This document shows, in pieces, positions 1 to 12,879 of a stretch of 32,082 nucleotides of DNA. Origin of the DNA: Phoronis australis (taxonomy: Eukaryota; Animalia; Phoronida); contig NMRA01001272.1 of NCBI GenBank assembly GCA_002633005.1, positions 1 through 32,082 on the forward strand, given 5' to 3'. Below the pieces are notes generated by a model that was not told where the DNA came from, did not search any database, and was given only the letters and a program-made list of their open reading frames with translations. Position 1 is the stretch's first letter. Each line of letters begins with the position of its first letter. Both the position numbers and the translations under genes were made by a program.

Positions 1-3000
1 GACAAAACTTTTTAATACTTAGAGATACTTGATGTTATAGGGCATTAAGGTGAGGTAAGAGACGCCGGTGAGACCCACGGGTAAATTTGTTTCCACTGCC
101 CACCGCCATACCAGTACTAGTACTAGTACTAGCATTAGTTTCACTTTTCACTATCACCCAGTTCACTTTCCTGGTATCGCTCTTGTTGTAGGCCTAGTAG
201 CTATGTGGATGGTCCTGATCCCCTTGAAAATGCGTTACACAGGCGCCAAAATCGCATTTTAAGGGTCGCCAAATCAGAAAATGTACAGTGCTTCAAACTG
301 TGTACATAAAGTTTCACTTTTCGTTGTTTTGACTGTAACCATGTTTGTAAAGTATTTTCGTTACACGACAAGAGGGTTGTTTTGTAGTTGTTTTACGACA
401 CACTCCGTCACTAATGCCGTTCTTGCCTAGTGCCTTATTGATCCGACACAGGATCTTCAAATGTCAGATGTGTGGTTAAAAAAATCAGAAGCTGGTCTAT
501 CGTTATCGCGGGAGAAATTGCCGATAGGATTCGGGCAAAGCACGGAAAATTTGAGTAAATCAAGGAAAAAATGGACAAGGATCATGTAAATTATGGATAT
601 AATGAGTCGCAGCACAGTCTCAACGAGGGGAGATAGTCAGACCTTCAAATTGTTGGCCATGAAACGGGTGGCGACGAGCCGGAAAGAACAGATATAGTTT
701 CAAAAATAGTTGTTCAAGCGAGAACACAAGAGATTGGTTAAATTAGTACAATTTTGGAAGATGTTTTATCTAGGTTGGGAACATAAATTCAAAATATTTC
801 GATTTGCTTCCTCATACCTCACAGCACATTATGCAATTTTCGACTCGACGACCGGAAAACGTGACTAAGAAAAAGTTTGGTTCCGAGAACAGAAAACCGA
901 AAGCCCTCACAGATCCAAGAAATCAAACAACTACAGCTGTTTATGTAAAATTTTCTTAAAAGTGGCGATAGCAAGGCAGAGACATATTCATCTAATTTAC
1001 GCCCGGGTTTGAAATGAAGAGAAAGCGATCTTGAAAAATCATGTGAAACAAAGTTTAGGATATCTAGAACGACTGCCATAATGTCAGAAAGTCTTGCTGA
1101 AAACACCAGTGCCAAACATCCGTCAAATGTATGTCTTGTCGTCCCTGTTTAAACGGCTTTGGGTAAACCTGCAGAAACGTCAAGTGACGCTTTTTCTTTT
1201 TTGTGTAAGTGCAACTAGTCCATACTACAATGAAAAGGATTTGGTGAAGACGGAAATCTTGAAATTGAATCCGATCCGGACCCCCAGCCGGATCACTCTT
1301 GCCTGTTGGGGTTCAAGTTCCGTAGGTTGCAACTACGACACTAAAAATATTGTGTACGCAGTAGCGTTGTGTTGAATGGGCGTATTTGTACAAAAGAAAT
1401 ATGAAAGAGTGTATATAAAAAACAAGAATACAATAATGACTGCTATCGTATGTGTATATATTAATTTCTTTTCCTTTATATGGCATACTTTGTACAACTT
1501 GATTTCGTTACCAACCAAGGTATAAAATGCTAAAGGCTGGTTACTAGAGATAATTATTAGTGATATGTGCAACATGAATTCATAGAAAAAATGTGTTTAT
1601 TTAGAGTACTGAAAGACACAATCCCAAGCAAGAATCATTAGAGATGACCATCGGCAACACAGAAGCTATACTGCCTCCTCCTCATTATCATATTGTTTGG
1701 TATCTCAGGTCAGTGACCCTCTTTGTTTTACGATTATTGGTTTAATTGTACCACGTGATCTCTTTGTCTTGTTGCAACACTGGGCCATCGTCCACAATTC
1801 TCTCCAACTTTCATTTTTCACTCAATTTCTCTTTCCCTCCCTCCCTCAAACCAATTTTCATCCTTTCCCTGTTATCCTCAAATTTCACATGTCGCTGTCC
1901 CGGTGTTGCTGTTATTCTTCCGCATATTGTTTCGCAGATTGTCACCCACCTTTACAGTGCAACATGTTATATAACTTTTGTAATTACCGATATCTGTAGT
2001 AGTTTAGTTTGTCATAATATATATGACCTTTTATCTCAACTACACTGTAAACTAGCTTCGGTATCGCTTCGCAGTTAGCGCATATAAATAAATTTATGAC
2101 ATGACAGTTTTCATCATAGTTGTTCATAGTTTGTTTTATTCAAAACTAATTCTAGAAACTTGCACTTATTCAAAATAAATGGTAATACAATCTCTTTTGT
2201 GTTGATGTTTGTTTTTTCCGCTGGAGGCACAGTGTATGATGGTCGGTAGTTTGTATTATTACTAACGTACATGTAACTGGGAGATTGTAATGGTGTTGTT
2301 CTGCACGTGTTTTCTCGAAGTGGTCGATATTCTTGGATGAATTCTTTGTTGTGAAAGTATATAGGGAGCATTATGTTTTTATTTTATAGTAACACTTTAA
2401 GCAAGATAATGTAAATGTATCCTTGTGTAGAGTTTTACAAATTGGGAGAGTAGAATTGTTTAGATCTCGTAAAGCTTCTTTGTAACATGTTTAACCCTGT
2501 GTAAACTTCGAATGAACAAACAATTATCCCATATGTAATTGGAGATAGAATGGGTGACTAAACATGTTCAGTTGGAACTAGGCCATTAAATTGAGTTTGT
2601 GCCAAAGCGTTCTTTTTTGTTTCGAGAAGGATAAAAAGCATATCGATACCTTTTCTTTACTAAATTCTGTTTTGTTATTCATAACGTGTACACTGTCCCG
2701 GCAAATTTGAGATATCACATTCACAATATGCGGCAAATAACACTGTAGGCGGTGCGTTTTCTCACCTGGGCCCACCTATAAAGAACTGTCAACACCGCCA
2801 CTGTGGAAGCCCCTTACACACGGTGCGCCATGACGTAGTAGGACGTAGGCTCACGTTTACGCAGTACATCACGCGTTTCCGTTTTAACTCGGCTCAAACT
2901 CAGCTTAATCTTGAAACGCTGGTTTATACACAGGTGTACTCTGTGCAGTGACCCGTTTCGTCACACAACTAAGGAAACATATAAAAAAGTTGGCAAACTA

Positions 3001-4394
3001 AGATTAAGATCTATGGTTTTAACTGCAATCATTATGAGGTTTAACTATGTGTAGAGGGTACTACTGTCTTTTGTTGATTACCATGCTCTATTTAGATTAT
3101 TTACGCTATGATTTTTAGGAAAGTTCATTCGTGCGGCAGAAAATGACACATCTGTTTAGCTTGTTTGCTTGCAATACCTGGCGAAACTCGCAATGTCTTG
3201 AATGCTATCGCTCTTCTAGCAAGAAACTATGACTACGGAGTGAACGCCAGGACTCTAATGTCGGCCAAGTGTCCCGCGGGTCAACAGTATAAATTGATGA
3301 GTTGTAAATGCATCGTTTCAGTAATGGATTTTTTCTCGTTCTTATTTCAGTTCAACTATTTAGTTGGCCTTAATATTCAGTTCATAAGCAAACATTGAAT
3401 TGTGTAGCTGTTGGCAATTGTTCACGAAAACATTTAAAACTTTCGTATAATTACGACGACGCTGAAGCGAAAGAGTAACAAGCATCTCATTTAAAAACAA
3501 ATTGAAAGCGAACGTGTATGTGAAAAAAATAATCGATATTAAAATGAATGGTTGTCTTTGTTGTCATTAATTTGAGTAATTTCATTCGAAAGTTATGCTT
3601 AAGCTTTTGATCTTTTAGATGTCCAATACAAATTACGCATGTTGACAACTGACCAGCGTTCGAAATACACTCTCACCCTTTGGCCCAGATTTGCGTCCCT
3701 ATGTGGATGTGATCTTATATTCAACTAACTGACCCGCTGGCCAGCACATTCACTTGCTGAAGCTCGAACTCTCGAACTGGCTGATTTCTCGTTATAACTA
3801 TATGAATATTACGGAATCTCTAGGGCATTATCTTGAAAACCATTATAACAAAGATGTTGCACTCAAAAAGTAGCCGACTCGCTCAGAGTTAGTTTACAGA
3901 GTATTTTAACGAACAGAGCGCAGTAAAGAATTCAGCACGTCTTAAATCAAAGCCAAGCCTAATGTAGATCTTTAGCATGAAAAAAGTGTCATCTTTAGTA
4001 AAATTGTCAGTTACAGGCTTTATAAATATGATCTAAAAATGGAAGAGTATGTTCAGTGTTTAGACACTAATGGCATTTATCTGCTGTTGCTATATTTAGA
4101 TCCGTAAACCATTCAGTGAAAATCGAATATGAGAGAAACCCAAGCGAAGAGCGTTTGTGTACAGCATGTTCTACAAGAGTAGTTGAAGAATGAAATTCCT
4201 TTTTACGCGACTGTCCTGCATACGCTGGTTTGAGAGCAAAGTACGGTATTTTTCTAGGCTTGTAAATAAGGAAAAGTTTCGTAACTATGTCTGTACGTAA
4301 GGTTTGGAAATTAGCCAGTTATCTATCGTTTCCGAAAAAGACGTACACCCTGATGTGTTATTTTTATGGTTGTACCAGATGATAACGCGCCATA

Positions 4395-5447
4395 TTCGGG
4401 CTGTGAATAATTTACACAAGGGACGGTGGCATTAGTATTGTCAATAAAGTTATATTATATCATATTATACGATTTTTTCTCTGAAACATGTTAATCAAAG
4501 ACAACTCACAAATATGTAATAGCAATTTTAATAACGGATTCCATTAATTTTGTGTGTTATCTGCACTGCGCATACCAACCGAAATTATCTTTACGCACTT
4601 AGACTGACATACAAAAATCGATTGTTTTCAATCAATCTATAAAGAGCGTGAATAAAAAGTTTTTCTTTAATTTAATGGTGTGACTTCATGTGCAAGATAC
4701 AACACTGTTATTGAAATCAAAATAATTCTTTTCGGTTTCAGTTTCATTGATCACGTGAACGACTAACTATAGTCGAGAAGAATCACTTTCCGAGATCAGC
4801 CTCAGCTCGGAATCCAACTTAACAAGTTCTTACGTCGCAAGCAAACGTTTTGTTACCTGCGCTTAATAGCAGCATCAGTATGTGGGGTGTATTTCAAGCG
4901 CACTTTCACTGGTGAAATCACAGAACTTGATTTCAGCGTATGTCTGGCAAATAACGGCGGTAATTGGAGATTTGTAGTAAAATCGCACAACACAAGGAAT
5001 AGTTTGGGGTTTGTTTAGCTCTGTTAAAAGCTTGACGTAAGTTCATAAATTTTATTCCGCTCAATCCCAAGCTGGAGTTTTTCGGTCGTGAAAATGATAA
5101 CGTCCCTTTAACCAATGTATTTTGTTTCGGCGGTAATGAAAATCTTAAGTATGCAATAATACTGATTATAAGAGCAGACAATTTCAATTAAAACGAGCAC
5201 TTAGTAATTGCAGTTTAATCCACAGAAGCACCGTTTAATCAATACTCAATAATTCCAATTAGAATACCAAAAAACTAGCCATCTTGATATGTTGAAGTAA
5301 TACGGACTATTTTAAGTTAGAAAAATGTTAATTGCACACTTGAGAACACTAATATAACAGCTATTTTAAATTGTAGAAATATGATAATGTTATTGACGTC
5401 GTGAACAGAATTTTGGTATTAAAAATAGAGAACAGCGCACAATCTTT
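4395..5447 (+). repeat. Old tandem duplication, copy 1 of a ~1 kb non-coding unit
   Basis: Colinear with ~5479-6405, e.g. TTCGGGCTGTGAATAA, GAGAATCACTTTCCGAGATCAGCC, CGTGAAAATGATAACGTCCCTT, TTATTGACGTCGTGAA. Many substitutions and indels; boundaries approximate. Confidence 0.9.
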
Positions 5448-5478
5448 TGTGGTTGAACTCGATCATGAAGGCGGCATC

Positions 5479-6405
5479 TTCGGGCTGTGAATAAAAACAA
5501 AGGATGGTGGTCTTTTGAATAAAGTTATATTGTGTAATATTAAACGATTTTTGTCTCTGAAAATGCTAAACTCGCACATATGTGATGGGCATTTAAACAA
5601 AACTTCACATTAATTTTGTGTGCTGTCCACGCCACGTATACCAACCGAGATTATCTTTACACACTTAGCCTGACGTCCAAAATTCGATTGTTTTCAATCA
5701 GTCGATGAAGGGCGTGAATGAGCAATTTTTCTTTATTGATTTAATGGTGCGACTTCATGTGCAAGGATACGACACTGTTCCTGAAATCAATATAGTTCTT
5801 TTGGTTTCAGTTTATTTGATCACGTGAACGACTAACGCAACACTACAGTCAAGGAGAATCACTTTCCGAGATCAGCCCCAGCTCGGAATCGAACTTAACA
5901 AATTCTCGAGCCGCCGTTAGAAGTTTCGTTAGCTGCGCTAAATCCCAGCATCAGTAGGCCCATGTGGGAGAGTACTTCACTGGAGAAGTCACAGGAATTC
6001 ACTTCAGCTGATGTGTGAAAAATAACGACGGAAATTGAGATTTGTAATAAAATCACGAATCAAACCGTTCAAACAAATTTTATCCCACTCTATCCCAAGC
6101 TTGCGTGAAAATGATAACGTCCCTTCAACCAATGTATTTACTTTTGAGGATAATGAAAATCTTACGTGTGCAATAATACTGATGAAGAATTTTAAGGGCG
6201 ACAAATTCAATTAAAACGAGTACTAAGTAATCATTAACGAACTTGATATATTCCGGCATTAATACGACTATTTGAAGTCATAAAAATGCTAATTGCACGG
6301 TTGAGAACACGAGGATCGCAGTTATTTCATATTGTAGAAATATGATGTTATTGACGTCGTGAATAGAATTTTGGTATTGAAAATTGTGAACAGGGCACAA
6401 TCTTT
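5479..6405 (+). repeat. Old tandem duplication, copy 2
   Basis: Same blocks in the same order as 4395-5447. The ORFs at 4933-5187 and 6004-6210 resemble each other for this reason. Confidence 0.9.
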
Positions 6406-6760
6406 ACAACACGTGTTTCACTCGAACAGAAATGTGAGAAAGTGCGTTTTAATATGATAAAATGTCGCCGCGCACAACTACGCACAGGTAAAACGGGTCT
6501 GTAAAAAAGGTAAACACACGTATTTCACAGTATAACTACAATGATCATTCAAATACACGAGACCTTCAGGTATAAATGTGCTGATTTTTGTCAAACTTTT
6601 ATTCGAATTTTTAGACAAAATACGTCCAATATTACTTTGTCGTCTGCACACAATGTTACATACAGACTTCAAGAATTTCAAACAGTTATTTCACAAAACA
6701 TTTCTTCAAAACATTATCACAAACATTTATTCAACCAGGTGATGGTACAGGTGTGTTAAA

Positions 6761-8554
6761 TTAGATATCAAGATAACTAAACTCCTTCACATCACCTCCC
6801 TTCTCCAGTACATACACCTTCCCTGGGCCTGATGGACATATGGCTCTAGGCCAGCAGACATCACCCCTCGTGGTGATCACGTGTGCACGTGCAGGGGTCA
6901 ATAGATGGATACAGTGACAGAAGCAGTCGGCCAGGAGAATGTGGCCGAACTGATCCACACACACACAGCGCGGCACACACAGTCCATCACTGAATGTGTG
7001 TATAACGGCCGGCTGTGTGGGGTCAATCACGTACACACGTGGGGGGTAGTCCTGGCTCACCACCACATGTCCAGTGTTCTCATCCACACATATATAGTAC
7101 GGTGAGAACTCACTCAGACCCAGGGAGTGGGCGTCTATTTGATGATGGACCTCACAATCAAAGTCGGTGTACAACACCCGTCCACCCTGTGTATCCGCCA
7201 CTATCAGCTGGTCGGTGTGACATGTAATACACCCCTCATCTTTATACACACCTGGGTAGACCTTCACCAGTTGACCTCTGGCGTCATACTTCACAACACC
7301 GTGAATGTCGTGGTCGGTGATGAAGATCTCACCAAGTCTATTACATGTCACATCAAAAGGGTTCTGCAGTTGGTGCTGGGAGGTGTTTAACGTGAATTTG
7401 AAAGACAAGTTGTTTTTATTATACACCTTGACATTGTGGTTGTAACAGTCCGTTACAACCACCACCCCATCACCCACTGCCAGCCCATTACAACAGCCTC
7501 CCCTCTCCGCCTTAAGCAGACTGCTAAATCTCCGCTCAAGCTGAACATGTTTAACAGCCAGTTGAGGGGTCACACGGTGGACAGGTGATTTACTGGAAAC
7601 TGCAACAACTGAGGCAAAATTTTCAAAAAAAGTGGATGAAATATTTTCGTCTTCCATTTTTCTCATAATATTCACAGCTACATTTGGAACTGCAATTGTC
7701 GCAGGTTGTATTTCAAAGACTGATTTTTCAACCCGCTTCTCGACTTGATCAATATTCAAGTTCTTAAGAAGAGATTCAATCTCATTAAATTGTTGCAGTT
7801 TCTCAGCGTCATGACATGACTCAAGAACATTATTTACATAATCATCTATGCTAGCAAACATTCCCCTGTTAAACTCAGCCTCATCACAAGCAGCTTCTGC
7901 CCGTTTTCTCGCCGTCTCTACTTGTTTTTCCAACTCAGCAATAGCTTTCTCTTCATTAACCTTGACTTGACGAGTGATCTCTTCCAGGAAATCACTGTAT
8001 ACACGTTTTATCTCATTCTTACAAGCATTTTGTTGCTGGGCATAACTTTGTGCAACTTGCTGTCGTTTATTGCGCAACATTTCCCACTGCTGCGTAACAT
8101 CTCGCCAAGGTTTCAACAACTCACGCATCACTTCAATGGCGTCTTTTGCAGCAACGTCTAAATCTTTCAGTTTGTGTTGATTATGACTTGAAGTTGCGCA
8201 TCGTGAACATATGGCCACCTCGCACTGTTCACAGTACATTTCCAAAAGCCGGTCTCCATGAGCTGAACAATGCATTTTATTCATGCTGTCATAATTCGAA
8301 ACAATGTCACAGATACCGGCATGAAAAAAGTTATGTTGGAAGCCAGTGGCACCTTCTTTTGGAACAGGAAATTGTTTTCTGCACATCGGACATGGAAATT
8401 CACCACTTTGCCCCTGTTGTGTCATGTGACTGTTCAAGCAGTCTTCGCAGAATGAGTGAAGGCATGGCAAAACCCTCTGGTCACTGGATCGCTTAAAACA
8501 CACGGGGCACTCTATCAGTCGACGCAGCTGGGCAACTGGATCGTTCGACGCCAT
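6761..8554 (-). CDS. TRIM-NHL E3 ubiquitin ligase (TRIM2/3/71-like architecture), 597 aa, single coding exon
   Basis: C3HC4 RING (CPVC..CLHSFCEDC..CPMC), B-box (CSAH..CEQC..CSRC..HNQH), coiled coil, and NHL repeats (PFDVTCNRLGEIFITD, PRCVCVDQFGHILLAD). The true ATG at 8554 follows a splice acceptor (tttctgtctgcag|GACATG), so the first 10 aa in the ORF track are intronic. AATAAA on the minus strand at ~6726-6731 and ~6597-6602. Confidence 0.93.
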   Translation of the reverse strand: MASNDPVAQLRRLIECPVCFKRSSDQRVLPCLHSFCEDCLNSHMTQQGQSGEFPCPMCRKQFPVPKEGATGFQHNFFHAGICDIVSNYDSMNKMHCSAHGDRLLEMYCEQCEVAICSRCATSSHNQHKLKDLDVAAKDAIEVMRELLKPWRDVTQQWEMLRNKRQQVAQSYAQQQNACKNEIKRVYSDFLEEITRQVKVNEEKAIAELEKQVETARKRAEAACDEAEFNRGMFASIDDYVNNVLESCHDAEKLQQFNEIESLLKNLNIDQVEKRVEKSVFEIQPATIAVPNVAVNIMRKMEDENISSTFFENFASVVAVSSKSPVHRVTPQLAVKHVQLERRFSSLLKAERGGCCNGLAVGDGVVVVTDCYNHNVKVYNKNNLSFKFTLNTSQHQLQNPFDVTCNRLGEIFITDHDIHGVVKYDARGQLVKVYPGVYKDEGCITCHTDQLIVADTQGGRVLYTDFDCEVHHQIDAHSLGLSEFSPYYICVDENTGHVVVSQDYPPRVYVIDPTQPAVIHTFSDGLCVPRCVCVDQFGHILLADCFCHCIHLLTPARAHVITTRGDVCWPRAICPSGPGKVYVLEKGGDVKEFSYLDI

Positions 8555-9600
8555 GTCCTGCAGACAGAAAATAATTATAATCACTCAAGACATATTTCAG
8601 CATCATACCGGTGTTTTTCAATGAACTAACCTTTGATAACCGATAGACATTAAACTGGGGCTGATCATTATCAAAAGTCATTCACTTCGTGGTACATGGA
8701 ACTAAAATAGTCCTAGGCAAAATAATTCAAATTCAACTTCTACGTTAAGTTGTCAGAGCAAAACGTTGACTGCTTTTTGTATTCGTTCTTATTAACATTT
8801 AATTACGACCAGTTTAAGGTTATATAGGACCTTATTGACAAATCTGTACACTTAGCAAAATATCTGTACAACTATAGAACTTAACTCTCAGCGAAAGTAT
8901 ATTTTTTTCTGAAAGCAGAATTTACCTAGAAGTTAGTAACTGACTTTAAACCAACCTCCCATTAATAAGCTCAAGTGATTAATATGCTTTTATCGTAAAA
9001 TTTTGAACAAAAACAAAAACCACGAGATCAATTACATGATTAAATTTAGTATGATATAAATGCTACAAATAAAATCTCAAAATCTTTGCAATAGTTATTT
9101 TCTAAATTATCACTTCCTTTTCATTTGATGCAACTGTGATTTTTTCACAAAAATCCGCCCTATTTTTGACAATCCCTGATGCAAAAGTAGAACATTTTAA
9201 ATCAATACCTAACAGTGCATAAAGTGTAATATCTTTAATTTGCACGTAAATTTGTTCAGTCACTTCTGGGGTACTCTGTGATGTTCCCTGGATTTGAAAA
9301 AAAGTGTTTGAGCTGGAAGGAAATGAACACAAAGTTACAGCTAGCCACCAAGACAACTAGCACTATGATTATGAAGACAAACAGCTTTACACCAAGGCTA
9401 GCTAGTTTGTAATAAGGTTTAGAAAGTAAGCAACTACATAAAATGTGTACTATGCACGGGTACAGGAAAATAGGACAAGAAAACAACATTAACACAAGTT
9501 GTCACAAGTAGGCCTACTAGTTACTTATTAAAGTACAAAATTCATAGGGTCTACCATGACCCATGTAGAAAGACGCAACACATGAAATTCACACTCTTAC

Positions 9601-9900
9601 TTCGTTTATCAAAAAACATTGTTATACACGAAATACAAATCTGAAAGGAACATTCTACTTTTCAAAAAACTTGACAGCATTCTTCAACAAACATTTCTAT
9701 ATATGCCTTTACAACACCTAGGCGCAACGCGTACGCGTTCTTCTGCAACATTGTTCCTCAGTTAATTCCAAAGTAGAAGTCTCAAGATCGGTGCGGCTTA
9801 AAACAGTATCGTGGATGATAACGTGATTCAAACTTTCATTTCAGATTAGTGATAGGGTAAACTTACTGAAACAAAACGACTGTCGGCAGTTTCCCGCCTA
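9601..9900 (-). promoter_or_regulatory. Putative non-coding first exon/promoter of the TRIM-NHL gene (intron 8558-9600)
   Basis: Minus-strand donor GAA|GTAAGA at 9600, a second donor-like site at ~9861-9866, an IRF-like GAAATGAAAGT at ~9832-9842 and an E2F-like TTTCCCGC at ~9890-9897. No transcript evidence. Confidence 0.4.
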
Positions 9901-9956
9901 ACGCTGAACAGAGAGCTCGGTCGACACGTCCGACTGCTATCAAATACCTTCGTTGN

Positions 9957-10098
9957 CCTGTTCTGCCATGTGACTGTTCAAGCATTTTTCGCAGAATGAG
10001 TGAAGACATGGCAAAACCCTCTGGTCACTGGAGCGTTCAAAACACACGGGGCACTCTACCAGTCGACGTAGCTGGACAACTGGATCGTTCGACGCCAT
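9957..10098 (-). CDS. Second TRIM-NHL copy: N-terminal RING fragment (47 codons), cut at the N at 9956
   Basis: MASNDPVVQLRRLVECPVCFERSSDQRVLPCLHSFCEKCLNSHMAEQ, with the same acceptor context as copy 1 and no stop or frameshift. It ends exactly at an N, so it is a paralog or alternative haplotype cut by assembly. Confidence 0.8.
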
Positions 10099-11148
10099 GT
10101 CCTGCAGACAGAAAATAATTATAATCACTCAAGACATATTTCGGCATCATACCGGTGTTTTCCAATGAACTAACCTTTGATAACCGATAGACATTAAACT
10201 GGGGCTGATGATTATCAAAAGTCATTCACTTCGTGGTAGATGGAACTAAAATAGTCCTAGGCAAAACAATTCAAATTCAACTTCTACGGTTTTTTGTCAG
10301 AGCAAAACGTTGACTGCTTTTTGTATTCGTTCTTAATAACATTTAATTACGACCAGTTTAAGGTTATATAGGACCTTATTGACAAATCTGTATACTTAGC
10401 AAAATATCTGTACAACTATAGAACTTAACTCTCAGCGAAAGTATATATTTTCTGAAAGCAGAATTTACCTAGAAGTTAGTAACTGACTTTAAACCAACTT
10501 CCCATTAATAAGCTCAAGTGATTAGTATGCTTTTATCGTAAAATTTTGAACAAAAGGGAAGTGCATTCAAAGCAAAACCACGAGATCAATTACATGATTA
10601 AATTTAGTGTGATATAAATGCTACAAATAAAATCTCAAAATCTTTGTAATAGTTATTTTCTAAATTATCAATTCCTTTTCGTTAGATGTAACTTTGATTT
10701 TTTCACTAAAATCAGCCCTTTTTTTGACAGTCCCTGATGCAAAAGTAGAACATTTTAAATCAATGCCTAACAGTGCATAAAGTGTAATATCTTTAATTTG
10801 CACGTAAATTTGTTCAGTCACTTCTGGGGTACTCTGTGATGTTCCTTGGATTTGAAAAAAATGTGTTTGAGTTGGAAGGAAATGAACACAGAGTTACAGC
10901 TAGCCACCAAGACAACTAGCACTATAACATCAAACAGCTTTACACCAACACCAAGGCTAGCTAGTTTGTAATAAGGCTTAGAAAGTAAGCATCTAAATAA
11001 AGTGTTTACTATGCATCGGTACAGGAAAATAGGACAAGAAAACAACATTAACACAAGTTGTCACAAGTAGGCCTACTAGTTACTTATTAAAGTACAAAAT
11101 TAATAGGGCCTACCATGACCCATGTAGAAAGACGCAACACATGAAATT
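9957..11148. repeat. Near-identical duplicate of 8413-9589 (TRIM 5' CDS plus intron)
   Basis: Aligns directly along its whole length; bounded on both sides by Ns. Confidence 0.95.
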
Positions 11149-11854
11149 NNNNNNNNNNNNNNNNNNNNNNNNNNNNNNNNNNNNNNNNNNNNNNNNNNNN
11201 NNNNNNNNNNNNNNNNNNNNNNNNNNNNNNNNNNNNNNNNNNNNNNNNNNNNNNNNNNNNNNNNNNNNNNNNNNNNNNNNNNNNNNNNNNNNNNNNNNNN
11301 NNNNNNNNNNNNNNNNNNNNNNNNNNNNNNNNNNNNNNNNNNNNNNNNNNNNNNNNNNNNNNNNNNNNNNNNNNNNNNNNNNNNNNNNNNNNNNNNNNNN
11401 NNNNNNNNNNNNNNNNNNNNNNNNNNNNNNNNNNNNNNNNNNNNNNNNNNNNNNNNNNNNNNNNNNNNNNNNNNNNNNNNNNNNNNNNNNNNNNNNNNNN
11501 NNNNNNNNNNNNNNNNNNNNNNNNNNNNNNNNNNNNNNNNNNNNNNNNNNNNNNNNNNNNNNNNNNNNNNNNNNNNNNNNNNNNNNNNNNNNNNNNNNNN
11601 NNNNNNNNNNNNNNNNNNNNNNNNNNNNNNNNNNNNNNNNNNNNNNNNNNNNNNNNNNNNNNNNNNNNNNNNNNNNNNNNNNNNNNNNNNNNNNNNNNNN
11701 NNNNNNNNNNNNNNNNNNNNNNNNNNNNNNNNNNNNNNNNNNNNNNNNNNNNNNNNNNNNNNNNNNNNNNNNNNNNNNNNNNNNNNNNNNNNNNNNNNNN
11801 NNNNNNNNNNNNNNNNNNNNNNNNNNNNNNNNNNNNNNNNNNNNNNNNNNNNNN
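11149..11854. other. Assembly gap (706 N)
   Basis: Run of N. Confidence 1.
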
Positions 11855-12879
11855 AACAAGAAAATAATGTTAAAATTCATGACAGAACAGAAAATTAACC
11901 ACAAATTAATTGCAACAGCACGGTCCCCCCTCCCAAAAAGAATTTTTCAGGCGCCAGGGTTAAACTGCGGCAACCGACATACATGTACGCGTGGGGCGGG
12001 TACAGTCGAGAAAAGAAAGACTGCTGAATGCAGTTAAGAGAGAAAACTCAAGAGAACATACTCACATAGTAATAACTCTGTATCAGTGCATAATATGGTT
12101 TACCTTTTGAGGACCCTGGCCTAGTTGTTGGGTTTCCGCTTTCGCACGTAATGATTCATGCATATATTTCGAAAAATCGACAAAACCTGTAAAGCGAAGC
12201 TTTTGCGGAGCGTATTAATTTACTTTAATTTTTTAACACAGTAAGACAATTTTGCGACTGCAAAACCATATTTTTCCAGAGGCCCTTCTCTGGCAAGGGA
12301 TAACGGAGACTGTCTCTTTTTCTCGAATTGTATGTCACTTGAGAAAAATTGATGACCTGACAGATATATCATCAATTGCTGCACATTTCTTGATCTTTGA
12401 AAATATAGATATTTTCACATAGAGGGGCCCCATGTCTGAAGGAAGCCATTGATGACAGTCAAGTGGCCACAGTTTTTATGTTTCTATTAACAAATTCTTA
12501 AGGGTACGCTCACAGAGAGAGGTCCCATAATGTGGGGCTCGATTACATCTGTAAGTCTATTTTCCTGTTTTTTGTGAAATCAACTTTTATGTTGAAGAAG
12601 GTCACTTCCTGCACCGTTGTCTGACCACACGACGGTGGAATGAACTGTCACTCACTGGTGGATTTTTCAACTGCAAATTGGTACTAATATGTCATCCACG
12701 TAAGTCATTATGTACTCGAGCATATAGAGTAATAGACACTTATCTTGAGTTCGCACTAAAGTAGGGTAAAAATGACAAACATTATTTCGAATTCCATTTC
12801 GAGTAAAAAAGATTCGAGACTGGGCCCAGAACTCCGACAGTTCGCTATTTTGATTGTGTGATCACGACTCATTCTCAAC

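Noticed and set aside
450-1375. Cys-rich fragments and ORFs 819-1115 and 1094-1375
   Set aside because: Stops in all frames and no recognisable domain; at most a decayed transposon.
8555-8584. N-terminal extension MIIIIFCLQD of the TRIM ORF
   Set aside because: Non-ATG start; the sequence is the pyrimidine tract and acceptor of the 5' UTR intron.
11110-12037. Long ORFs of 264 and 298 aa
   Set aside because: Artefacts of translating through the N gap.
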